A stretch of DNA of 64,000 bases from Myxococcales bacterium (GTDB lineage: Bacteria; Myxococcota_A; Polyangia; Polyangiales; Polyangiaceae): positions 3,932-67,931 of the forward strand of contig JAAZAA010000056.1 of NCBI GenBank assembly GCA_012514535.1, in the 5' to 3' direction. Under the pieces are notes generated by a model that was not told the origin of the DNA, did no database searches, and saw only the letters and a list, made by a program, of their open reading frames with translations. Both the position numbers and the translations under genes were made by a program. The first letter of the stretch is position 1. Every line of letters begins with the position of its first letter. Below are positions 1-8,170 of the stretch, in pieces.

Positions 1-232
1 GGCGCAGCGCTACACGTCATTCCGCAACCAGGACGACTCGTTTCGACGAAGCTTCGATATCGCTGCATGACGAAACGCAGTTCGCCATCCCCCGCCGTCG
101 CGCTCTTCCGGCAACATCGGGTATTCTTCAAGTCAACGGAAGTAGCCCCCGGGAAACCACGGCGATGCGTCGACCTCCTAACGTTCGACTCACGTTCGCT
201 CCTTCACAGAGCCACCAACTCAGGAGATTCGT

Positions 233-1933
233 GTGACTACCGCTATGCGCTCGCGCTCCCTCTGCGCCATCGCTCTGATTCCGGCTTCGGCGTTCCTCAT
301 GCAATCACGGACGGCGTCGGCTCAGACGCCGCACCCGGACGTCCGAGAGCCGGCTCCCTCCACCCCGGCCCTCACGGACGACCCGGGCTCCGACGATGTG
401 GCCCCGCCCGACGACCCAGCGCCCGACGACCCAGCGTCCGACGATGTGGCCCCGCCCGACACGCACTCTGCCGACGCGCAGGCTGCCGACCCGCGCCCTG
501 CCGACACCTCCCGCGCGCCCGTCGATGGACGTCCGCCCCCGACGAATCCCCGAGGATCCGTCGACGGGTCCGGTTCGCCCAGCGCGCCGGCGCCCCAGGG
601 GTCACCTGCGCCGCCCCCGAGCCCGGTCCCCGGGCGGCCGTTCCGGGATCACGCCTTGATGTCCCCTCAGCCGTCTCCGGATCCGGACCTGGCCCCGCCC
701 TCGTTGCTGCCCGTCGAGGCGACCACGTCGACCTGGACACGCTTCGAGTCCCGCTCCAACTACGACACCCTGGGCGTCTCCCGGGGGCGCTTCCTGGAAG
801 GGGACGCGTTCTTCTACCGCGCGCGGCTCGGACTGCGCACGAACCCGCTCGACCTCGGCAACGGCGTCACCGGGCTCGTCCAGTTCAGCCCCCAAGCGAG
901 CGGTCGCCTCGGCAGCGTGGGCACCACCACCGAGCGCCCCCTCGGCATCTACGAGGGCTACTTCCGGTTCCAGGGAGAGCGCGCCTCCTTCGACGGCGGT
1001 CGCTTCATGATGAACTACGGAGACGCCCTGGTCATCGGCAACCTCGACTGGAATCAGCCCGGCCGCGCCTTTGACGGCTTCCGCGCGAGATACGCCTTCG
1101 AGGGCGCCTTCATCGACGGCTTCGTGACGCTGACTGCGCGCGACGGCCTGACCCCGGCCGAGGGGCACCCGACGGTGACCGAGCCGTTCCTCGGCGGCGA
1201 CGTCTACTTCTGGGGACTCTATGCGGGGCTCGGCCCGCTCGTCGCGAAGGGACTGGAGCTCGACGTGTACGCGCTCGGGCTCTCGAACGTGAAGACCGAG
1301 GGCCTACCGAGCGCCGACGATCCGACGGTCTCCCTCACCCGGGGCGGCGCGACGGAGGTCACCCTCGGGGCTCGGGTGAAGCAGAAGGTCGGTGCCCTGG
1401 ACTACCGCCTGGAGGCGGGGACCCAGGTCGGCACACGCCCGATCACGGGGACCACCGGCGGCTCCCAGGACGTGTTCGCCTATCAGGCAGACGGCGAGAT
1501 CGGCTTCACCCTCGGCTCCCGGCTGCGCCTCGCCCTGAACGGGGTCGTCGCTTCCGGGGACGACCCGAACACGCAGGACGCGGAGGGCTGGTTCGAGCTC
1601 TTCCCCACCGGTCACAAGTTCCTCGGCCTGATGGACATCATCGGCCCCCGCACGAACGTCGCGAGCGGCGTCTTCAAGGGGACCGCGCACCTGACCGACT
1701 CCCTGCTCTTCTTGCTCGACGCGCACGTCTTCACGCGCCTCGAGGACGGAGGCTTGGGGCAGACCGGCACGGACAAGTTCGCAGGCTACGAGGTGAACAC
1801 GCAGCTGATGCAGAAGATCGGAGCGCCGGGGCGCCTGCGCGGCCTCTACGGGATTTTCATTCCCAACGCGGGCTACTACGCCTCCGGCGATCCGGCCCAC
1901 TACGTCGAGATCGAGGCCGGCATCGTCTTCTGA
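233..1933 (+). CDS. Outer-membrane beta-barrel porin, alginate-export (AlgE-like) family, with Pro/Asp-rich N-terminal linker
   Basis: GTG start 5 nt after AGGAG. Signal peptide MTTAMRSRSLCAIALIPASAFLMQSRTASA, then a PDDPAPDD low-complexity stretch, then alternating beta-strand pattern (FESRSNYDTLG, FFYRARLGLR) ending ...YVEIEAGIVF with a terminal aromatic. Family assignment is from memory of alginate_exp-type sequences. Confidence 0.6.
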   Translation: MTTAMRSRSLCAIALIPASAFLMQSRTASAQTPHPDVREPAPSTPALTDDPGSDDVAPPDDPAPDDPASDDVAPPDTHSADAQAADPRPADTSRAPVDGRPPPTNPRGSVDGSGSPSAPAPQGSPAPPPSPVPGRPFRDHALMSPQPSPDPDLAPPSLLPVEATTSTWTRFESRSNYDTLGVSRGRFLEGDAFFYRARLGLRTNPLDLGNGVTGLVQFSPQASGRLGSVGTTTERPLGIYEGYFRFQGERASFDGGRFMMNYGDALVIGNLDWNQPGRAFDGFRARYAFEGAFIDGFVTLTARDGLTPAEGHPTVTEPFLGGDVYFWGLYAGLGPLVAKGLELDVYALGLSNVKTEGLPSADDPTVSLTRGGATEVTLGARVKQKVGALDYRLEAGTQVGTRPITGTTGGSQDVFAYQADGEIGFTLGSRLRLALNGVVASGDDPNTQDAEGWFELFPTGHKFLGLMDIIGPRTNVASGVFKGTAHLTDSLLFLLDAHVFTRLEDGGLGQTGTDKFAGYEVNTQLMQKIGAPGRLRGLYGIFIPNAGYYASGDPAHYVEIEAGIVF

Positions 1934-1952
1934 TCACTCGCGCCCCCCGCGG

Positions 1953-1975
1953 CCGGCGCCCCCCCCCAGCGCCGG
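1953..1975. terminator. Hairpin between convergent porin and nirBD genes (possible bidirectional terminator)
   Basis: CCGGCGC (1953-1959) pairs with GCGCCGG (1969-1975) around a 9-nt C-rich loop. It lies in the 45-bp gap between two stop codons. No U-tract. Confidence 0.4.
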
Positions 1976-1978
1976 TCC

Positions 1979-4900
1979 TCACTCCGCGGCGTCCTCGCGC
2001 GTCGAGTCGTGGCACTCTCCGGTGCAGGCGCCCTCGAGCATCCCCTCGAGGGCCTCCACGCCGGGGAGCTCCGCGTAGACCCAGCCGTCCTCCACCCGCG
2101 CGGGGAACGTGGCGATCGAGAGCTCGTCGCCGCTCAGGCACTCACCGCTCTCGAGGCTGAACGTCTTCTTGTGGAAGGGGCACGCGACCTTCGGCGTCCC
2201 TCCCTGATCTCCCAGCAGACCCCGCGACAGGACCAGCTCCTGCTTGTGCGGGCACATGTTCTGGGTGACGTACCACTCTCCGCGGCTCTCGAAGTGGAAC
2301 AGGGCGAGCTCCGCGCGGCCGACCCGCACGGCCATTCCTCCCTCGGCGGGCACCTCCGCGGCGCGGAGGAGCCGCGTCCAGGAGCGCTGCTCCACCACGG
2401 GCAAATGGCGCTTCGCCGGCAGCGTCGTCCGCGTCCACGGCGCGGGGTGACGCTGGCCGCGCGCGCTCACCATCGGAGCGGGGCGATCCTCACGGGCGAG
2501 CGCGGCGCTGCCCTCGTCGGCGAAGTGCCGGAAGAGCGCGCGCTTCTCCGGGCTGCGCACGACGTCCGTCCACTCGCACACGAAGGCGTCCACGAGCCTC
2601 TGCATGTCCGCCTCGAACTCCGCCGCCAGACCCAGGGAGTCGTTCACGACCACGTCCCGCACATGATCGATGCCCCCCTCCAGCTTCTCGAGCCAAACGG
2701 AGGTCCGCGTGAGCTTGTCCGCCGTCTTGATGTAGTACATCAGGAAGCGATCGATGTACCGGAGCGCCGTCTCCTCGTCGATGTCGCTGGCCAGCAGCTC
2801 CGCGTGCCGCGGCTTCGCCCCGCCGTTGCCGCACACATAGAGATTCCAGCCTTTCTCCGTGGCGATCAGGCCGAAGTCCTTCGACTGCGCCTCCGCGCAC
2901 TCCCGCACGCAGCCGCTGACGGCGCTCTTGAGCTTGTGCGGTGAGCGGAGGCCCTTGTAGCGCTCCTCCACGCGCACCGCGAAGCCGACCGAGTCCTGCA
3001 CGCCGTAACGGCACCACGTGGAGCCGACGCAGCTCTTCACGGTGCGGACGCTCTTGCCGTAGGCGTGGCCGCTCTCGAAGCCGGCGTTGACGAGCTCCTC
3101 CCAGATGTCGGGGAGCTGCTCGACGCGCGCGCCGAACAGGTCGATGCGCTGCCCGCCGGTGATCTTCGTATACAGGCCGTACTTCTTGGCGACCTCGGCG
3201 ATCACCAGGAGCTTGTCCGGAGTGATCTCGCCCGCCGGGATCCGCGGCACGACCGAGTACGTGCCGCCGCGCTGGATGTTGGCCAGGAACCGATCGTTGG
3301 TGTCCTGGATCGTCGCGTGGTTCGTGATGGGCTCGGCGTGGACGCTCGCCAGGATCGCGGCGACGGCCGGCTTGCACACCTCACAGCCGTGGCCCTTCCC
3401 ATAGGCCTCGATCACCTCGCGGAAGCTGCGCTGCCCGCGGATCTTCACGAGATCGTACAGCTCCTGGCGGCTCTGCTCGAAGTGCTCACACAGAGACCGC
3501 TTCACGACCTTGCCGCGAGCGGCCATCTCCGCGTTGAAGATGTCCGTCACCAAGGGCAAACACCCGCCGCAGCCGGTGCCCGCCTTGGTGCATTTCTTGA
3601 TCGCCTCGAGGGTGCAGTTCTCGTCGGCGGCGATGGCCTGCACGATGTCCAGCTTGGTCACCGCGTTGCAGGAGCACACCTGGGCCGTGTCCGGGGTCGC
3701 CAACGGCGCCGCGCCCGAGCGGGTGCCGAGGAGGAGCTCGTCCGGCGAGACGGGCAGGTCGTCGCCGCTGCGCGCGTAGGGGAGGAGCGCGCCGTACTCC
3801 GTCGTGTCTCCCACCAGGATCGCGCCGAGGAGCTTCTTCCCGTCACCGGAGACGATCACCTTCTTGTAGGTCCCGCCTAGCCAATCCTGGAACACCACGG
3901 TCGCCGTCCCCGGGCGCTCGTCCGCGAACGGGTCGCCGAGGCTGGCGACCTCGACGCCGAGCAGCTTCAGCTTGGTCGACATGTCGGCGCCGTTAAACTC
4001 GCCGGGGTTGCCGCGCAGGGTCTGCGCGAGGGCCGACGCCATTTCGTAGCCCGGGGCGACGAGGCCGTAGAGCACGCCGTCGTGGATGGCGCACTCGCCG
4101 ACCGCGTAGATGTTCGGATCACTGGTCCGCAGCGAGTCGTCGACGACGACCCCGCCGCGCTCGTACACCTCGAGGCCCGCATCGGCAGCCAGCTGGTCCC
4201 GGGGGCGGATGCCCGCCGAGACGATCACCATATCCACGTCGAGCTTGTTGCCGTCACCGAAGCGGAGGCCCGTCACCGAGGCGGAGCCGAGCACGCCGAC
4301 CGTGCGCACGCCGAGGTGGACGTGCAGCCCGAGCGCCTCGATCTGGCGCTGCAGGAGCCGCGCGCCAGCATCGTCGAGCTGCCGCGGCATGAGGCGCTGC
4401 GCCTGCTCCACCACGTGCGTGGTGAGCCCCAGATCCCGCGCCGCCTTGGCCGCCTCCAGACCGAGGAGCCCTCCGCCGATGACCGCCGCCGATCGCGCCC
4501 CGGCTGCATAGGCGGTGATCGCTTCCAGGTCCTCGATGGTGCGGTAGACGAACACCCCGACCTTGTCGAGGCCGGGCACCGGGGGCACGAAGGGGGCCGC
4601 GCCGGTCGCGAGCACCAGGGAGTCGTAGGGCACCTCCTCGCCGTCGTTGGTGATCACCACCCGTGAGGCCCGCTCGATCCGCGCCGCACGCTTGCCGAGG
4701 CGCAGATCAATCCCGCGGGCGGAGTACCAGCTCACGGGCGCCAGCACGAGATCCTCTGCCCCCTTGCCGCCGAAGTACTCCGAGAGGTGCACGCGGTCGT
4801 AGGCGGGCCACGTCTCCTCGCCGAGCACGGTGATGCGCACCGGGTGACCGTCTTCGCCTTCGGTGAGCCGCTCGCACAGCTTGTAGCCCACCATGCCGTT

Positions 4901-5773
4901 GCCGATGACGACGACGCGGTGCTTCCCGATGGGGTTCTGGCGCACGCTGGGGGCTTCGCTCTCCCAGAGCCCGAGGGTCTGCGCCAGGTCGCGCACCACG
5001 GGCTGCATCACGGTGGCGTGACTGAGCACCAGGTCCGGGTGCACGCCGCGTCGCCGCAGCAACCCCGTCGCCGCCTCCGCCGCCAGCACCGGCTGCGAAC
5101 GCAGGGTCTGGACCAGGCGCTCCTCCTGGCCCGACACGCGACACGCGTCGAAGAGCCACGCGGCCGTGCGCTCCGTCAGGAACACGATCCCCTGGGCTTC
5201 TCGGGCCGCGAGCTTCTCGAGGAGCTCGAGCGCCTCGGGGTCGACCGCCGCGGCCGGCGCCACGACCCGCGCCGTGCCGCCCGCGTTCTCGATGGCCTGG
5301 GCGAGGGCCAGCTCGGTGGCTCTCTCGAAGGGCTGGATCCCGACCACCCTCCCGGCGAGCCCGAGGTTCTCCACCGCCGCGATCAGGGCGTCCAGATCGG
5401 GACGTCGCGTCACCACGTCGGCGTTGAGGCCCAGCTCGCTCAGGGCTCGCGCCGGCTTGGCGCCCCGGGCGATCTTCCGCGCGACGGACAGGGCTTCGAG
5501 GAACGCGTCGCTCTTCTCCAGCTGCCGGGACATCTCCACCATCAGGTGGACCCCCTGCGCGGAGGTGAACACGACGTCGTCGAACTCCCCTTCGACGAGC
5601 TGCACGATCCACCGCTCGAGGGGGATGGCCCCCGAGCTCTGGGAGTTCCGGGCGAACGGCAAGAGCCGCACGCCGAGCTTCTTCAGGCACTCCGCCAAGG
5701 CGTGGGAGTGCGGAGTCTCTGCGAGGGCGATGGTGGGCTGACGAGAAGTGGCTTCCTTGGACATGGGCTCCAT
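1979..5773 (-). CDS. nirBD: NAD(P)H-dependent nitrite reductase, single polypeptide: N-terminal HemD-like (uroporphyrinogen-III synthase fold) domain + NirB large subunit + C-terminal NirD small subunit
   Basis: 1264 aa. Residues ~1-280 resemble HEM4/HemD (FDDVVFTSAQGVHLMV...). Rossmann motif HRVVVIGNGMVGYKL follows, with a second GGGLLGLEAA. BFD-like 2Fe-2S motifs CSCNAV and GTGCGGCLP. Siroheme/4Fe-4S motifs CVGSTWCRYG and SGCVRECAEAQSKDFG. C-terminal Rieske-like NirD (CPHKQELVLSRG...CPFHKKTFSLESGEC). Confidence 0.9.
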   Translation of the reverse strand: MEPMSKEATSRQPTIALAETPHSHALAECLKKLGVRLLPFARNSQSSGAIPLERWIVQLVEGEFDDVVFTSAQGVHLMVEMSRQLEKSDAFLEALSVARKIARGAKPARALSELGLNADVVTRRPDLDALIAAVENLGLAGRVVGIQPFERATELALAQAIENAGGTARVVAPAAAVDPEALELLEKLAAREAQGIVFLTERTAAWLFDACRVSGQEERLVQTLRSQPVLAAEAATGLLRRRGVHPDLVLSHATVMQPVVRDLAQTLGLWESEAPSVRQNPIGKHRVVVIGNGMVGYKLCERLTEGEDGHPVRITVLGEETWPAYDRVHLSEYFGGKGAEDLVLAPVSWYSARGIDLRLGKRAARIERASRVVITNDGEEVPYDSLVLATGAAPFVPPVPGLDKVGVFVYRTIEDLEAITAYAAGARSAAVIGGGLLGLEAAKAARDLGLTTHVVEQAQRLMPRQLDDAGARLLQRQIEALGLHVHLGVRTVGVLGSASVTGLRFGDGNKLDVDMVIVSAGIRPRDQLAADAGLEVYERGGVVVDDSLRTSDPNIYAVGECAIHDGVLYGLVAPGYEMASALAQTLRGNPGEFNGADMSTKLKLLGVEVASLGDPFADERPGTATVVFQDWLGGTYKKVIVSGDGKKLLGAILVGDTTEYGALLPYARSGDDLPVSPDELLLGTRSGAAPLATPDTAQVCSCNAVTKLDIVQAIAADENCTLEAIKKCTKAGTGCGGCLPLVTDIFNAEMAARGKVVKRSLCEHFEQSRQELYDLVKIRGQRSFREVIEAYGKGHGCEVCKPAVAAILASVHAEPITNHATIQDTNDRFLANIQRGGTYSVVPRIPAGEITPDKLLVIAEVAKKYGLYTKITGGQRIDLFGARVEQLPDIWEELVNAGFESGHAYGKSVRTVKSCVGSTWCRYGVQDSVGFAVRVEERYKGLRSPHKLKSAVSGCVRECAEAQSKDFGLIATEKGWNLYVCGNGGAKPRHAELLASDIDEETALRYIDRFLMYYIKTADKLTRTSVWLEKLEGGIDHVRDVVVNDSLGLAAEFEADMQRLVDAFVCEWTDVVRSPEKRALFRHFADEGSAALAREDRPAPMVSARGQRHPAPWTRTTLPAKRHLPVVEQRSWTRLLRAAEVPAEGGMAVRVGRAELALFHFESRGEWYVTQNMCPHKQELVLSRGLLGDQGGTPKVACPFHKKTFSLESGECLSGDELSIATFPARVEDGWVYAELPGVEALEGMLEGACTGECHDSTREDAAE

Positions 5774-5803
5774 ACCTCGAGCTCCACTGTCCGGGGGCCG
5801 CTG

Positions 5804-5850
5804 TTTCGCGTTCTACCGGGGTTTCCAGAAAGTCGGAAAAGAACGCGAAA
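5804..5850. promoter_or_regulatory. Nested inverted repeat upstream of nirBD
   Basis: TTTCGCGTTCT (5804-5814) is the exact reverse complement of AGAACGCGAAA (5840-5850). The 25-nt spacer contains an inner TTTCC-N8-GGAAA repeat. It lies 31-77 nt upstream of the nirBD ATG. Confidence 0.5.
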
Positions 5851-5857
5851 TGGGCGC

Positions 5858-5891
5858 TGACCGGAAACACGGGGGCGCGCGTTTCCGGTCA
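5858..5891. promoter_or_regulatory. Perfect 11-bp inverted repeat upstream of nirBD
   Basis: TGACCGGAAAC (5858-5868) - N12 - GTTTCCGGTCA (5881-5891). A further GTTTCC copy lies at ~5897. Confidence 0.5.
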
Positions 5892-6148
5892 GTGACGGCG
5901 CGCCATGTTTCCACGAGGTGACCGGAGGCTGTCGAGTTTCGTCACGTCCTCCAGCGCCGGGCAGCCCCGCGGGTCGGCCACACGGGCCGCCGCAGAGCTC
6001 GACCGCACGGGCGTGCCGCCGGTGCCGGCCTGCAGGGGCCGCACAAGGTCCCGTGGTGCACGCGGGATTCCAGCGCACGGGATTCCAGCACGCGGGGTCG
6101 AGCGGACCGGATCGACCGCACTACCGCACGGACGCTCGCGTCAGGCGC

Positions 6149-6838
6149 TCACTGACCGCTCATGGCTCGTAGCGCCGGCAAGTCCTTGAGCGTGAACCCG
6201 TTCTCGTCGCCGCCCACGGTGCCCGACCGCTCCCAGCGCGTCATCACTCGGATCGCCGTCTCCGCGCTGGTGCTGACGAGCTCCGCGAGCTCCTGCCTCG
6301 ACAAGTGGATGGGGATGCCGCTGGACCCGTCCTCGAAGTCGTCGCCGAAGCGCTCGTACAGGTTGATGAGGAGATGCGCCAGGCGCGCTTCGACGGTGCC
6401 GGCGCTCAGCACGTCGATGCGCTGCAGGAGGTTCTCCACCTTCGTCTGCGCGTTGCGCACCAACGCGGCCGCCAGCTCGTTGCTCGTCTTCATCGCCTCG
6501 AGGATGCGGTCGCGCGGCACGAGCGCTACCTCGACGTGCGCCGTCACCGCGATCGCCGCCGCCGGGTAGACGACCCCCTTGAGCAAGGCCAGGTCGCCGA
6601 CGCTGTCCGGTGGTCCGAAGAGCCCGCAGATGACCGACCGACCTCCGGCCGTCGGTCGAACGACCTTGAGCACCCCGCGCCGGACGACCACGAAGTGCCG
6701 GGGCTGATCGCCGGCATCCCAGAGGCGCTCTCGCCTGGACAGGGAGCGCAGGGTCGTGACCTCCGCCAACGACGACAGGGTGGATGCATCAACACCCGCC
6801 AGGGCGGGAGTGCGTTTCAAGACCTCGAGGACACCCAT
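6149..6838 (-). CDS. Crp/Fnr-family transcriptional regulator (cNMP-binding-like domain + C-terminal HTH)
   Basis: 229 aa. Beta-roll effector domain (RERLWDAGDQPRHFVVVRRGVLKVV), dimerisation helix, HTH (LSRQELAELVSTSAETAIRVMTRWERSG). No N-terminal Cys cluster of true FNR. AAGGAG sits 7 nt upstream of the ATG. Confidence 0.85.
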   Translation of the reverse strand: MGVLEVLKRTPALAGVDASTLSSLAEVTTLRSLSRRERLWDAGDQPRHFVVVRRGVLKVVRPTAGGRSVICGLFGPPDSVGDLALLKGVVYPAAAIAVTAHVEVALVPRDRILEAMKTSNELAAALVRNAQTKVENLLQRIDVLSAGTVEARLAHLLINLYERFGDDFEDGSSGIPIHLSRQELAELVSTSAETAIRVMTRWERSGTVGGDENGFTLKDLPALRAMSGQ

Positions 6839-7007
6839 GAGAACTCCTTAAGCAAAAATCGTTCCGCAACTCCGAGAGGCCCCGACCGCCGCCGCGAGAT
6901 CGAACCCCTCGGGGGACGCCAGCCGAGGTGAGCGCCTCGGGAACTCCTGGAGAGGTGACGCGCGGATTTGCGCGGTGCCGGGGCGCTGGCGCAAACCTTG
7001 CGGCGGC

Positions 7008-7514
7008 TCAGCACAGCTCCAGAAAAAGCGCGTTCTCGCATGCCTCGTGCTTCCGGAACGCCGCATAGGCACGGGCGAAGGCGAGCTCGATGGTCCGGGG
7101 GCTCACCCGCGGATCCCCCACCATCCGACGGACCTCATCGAAGGCGTTCAGCAATACTGGGTGTTCGGCGTCCAGTCGGGCGAGGACCTCGAGCTGCTCG
7201 GAGTTTCTCTGAGAGCGCACCTCCGGGAAGGAGGTGGCCACCTCGACGGCGAAGTGGCTCTCCAGGAGGCTCACGAGCTCCCCGAGGAGCCGGGCGGCGT
7301 CCGCATGGCGGACCTTCGTCTCGGCCTCGTCCTCGACCTCGTCCGTGGCGACGCGCTCCTCGATGCGCTGCAGCAGCTCGAGCAGCCGGCGGTGCTGCAG
7401 GATCGCGTGCAAACCGTCTTCCGTCCCCATGGGCCAAGGTCTGCTGTCCGCCGGCGCCGACGCGGCGCCCAGCGGGTCGCTGTGGGTCACTGCGGATCTT
7501 GCTGTGCTGGCCAT
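7008..7514 (-). CDS. Hemerythrin (HHE cation-binding) domain protein, Hr-1
   Basis: His/Glu pattern LQHRRLLELL, LLESHFAVE, LDAEHPVLL, FRKHEACENALF. The ORF track extends to 7583. I prefer ATG 7514 (MASTARS...), which gives ~169 aa like the paralogs and sits 14 nt after a sigma-54-like -12 element. Start is uncertain. Confidence 0.7.
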   Translation of the reverse strand: MASTARSAVTHSDPLGAASAPADSRPWPMGTEDGLHAILQHRRLLELLQRIEERVATDEVEDEAETKVRHADAARLLGELVSLLESHFAVEVATSFPEVRSQRNSEQLEVLARLDAEHPVLLNAFDEVRRMVGDPRVSPRTIELAFARAYAAFRKHEACENALFLELC

Positions 7515-7526
7515 CGTCCGCCGTAA

Positions 7527-7542
7527 AGCACCTTTCATGCCA
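7527..7542 (-). promoter_or_regulatory. sigma-54-type -24/-12 promoter-like motif in front of Hr-1
   Basis: Minus strand reads cTGGCAT-GAAAG-GTGCTt. GG and GC have consensus spacing. ATG 7514 lies 14 nt after the -12 C (7528). Confidence 0.5.
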
Positions 7543-7624
7543 GCATCGCCTCCGAGGCTCTCACAGGGGAGCCCCTCGCGCACTGACGGACGTCAGGTCG
7601 ACGGCTGACGAGCATCAGAGCCCC

Positions 7625-7663
7625 GGATCTCGCGGCGCCGTAGGGTGAGGGGCGCCGCGATCC
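7625..7663. promoter_or_regulatory. Inverted repeat in divergent Hr-1 / DGC intergenic region
   Basis: GGATC(T)CGCGGCGCC - N11 - GGCGCCGCGATCC, 13-bp arms with one bulged T. It lies ~85-120 bp upstream of the Hr-1 -24 element, a typical enhancer (UAS) distance. Confidence 0.4.
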
Positions 7664-7687
7664 TGCGTCCCCTTCCCTGGTGCACCC

Positions 7688-8170
7688 ATGAGCACGACCC
7701 CGCCTCCCCTCGTGTATTCCTGTTCCGGCTGTTCCAGCGCTGCGCAGATGGCGAACCATCTCGCCCTCCAGCTCGACCGCCGCGGCGTGGCGGAGATGTC
7801 CTGCATCGCCGGCGTCGGCGGCGACGTGCCTCAGCTCGTGAACATCGCCCGCTCCGGGCGCCCCATCGTCGCCATCGACGGCTGTCCCCTGCGCTGCGTG
7901 GCCCACTCCCTCGCCCGGCACGGCCTGACCCCCCAGCGGCAGGTGACCCTCTCCGAGTTCGGGGTGCGCCGGAAGGCCCACGAGGACTTCGACCGTGCCG
8001 AGGCCGAGCGCCTCCTCGAGGCCCTCAGCGCCGAGCTGCGCGACGGGCTCACTCCGCGACCGGAGCCGCGCTCCGCTCCGCGGGCTCCGTCGGAGGGATC
8101 GCCCGGGTCGGGTTCGGGTGGGCTGGCGAGCGGGCTGGCGCCGTCCCCTGCAGCCCCAAGCGCCCGCTGA
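7688..8170 (+). CDS. DGC-domain putative zinc/iron-binding protein
   Basis: VYSCSGCSSAAQMANHLA...MSCIAGVGGDV...IVAIDGCPLRC matches my memory of the DGC family (CxxC, then the DGC motif). The C-terminal ~45 aa are low-complexity and overlap the convergent NrfD-like gene. Confidence 0.65.
   Translation: MSTTPPPLVYSCSGCSSAAQMANHLALQLDRRGVAEMSCIAGVGGDVPQLVNIARSGRPIVAIDGCPLRCVAHSLARHGLTPQRQVTLSEFGVRRKAHEDFDRAEAERLLEALSAELRDGLTPRPEPRSAPRAPSEGSPGSGSGGLASGLAPSPAAPSAR

Noticed and set aside
2-70. Possible 3' end of an upstream CDS (...AQRYTSFRNQDDSFRRSFDIAA, stop at 68-70)
   Set aside because: Only 22 codons are visible, with no identifiable family, so coding status cannot be supported from this window.
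67-1074. Numerous long overlapping ORFs with Arg/Pro/Ala/Gly-rich translations. Examples: 67-1074, 2490-3377, 4707-5870, 10614-13166, 13188-14969, 13781-15004, 15062-17263, 18559-20004, 46935-48158, 53901-55634, 57286-58866, 58167-59435.
   Set aside because: These are off-frame or antisense to genes with clear family signatures. Such compositions are the usual artefact of very high GC (few stop codons). None shows a recognisable motif.
6851-6866. sigma-54-like element CGGAAC-GATTT-TTGCT, 14 nt before the Crp/Fnr ATG
   Set aside because: The spacing is correct and the -12 half is good, but the -24 half has two mismatches (no TGGC). A canonical AAGGAG Shine-Dalgarno sits at the ideal distance from the ATG, so an ordinary leadered mRNA is the simpler reading. 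It is kept only as a weak, ambiguous case.
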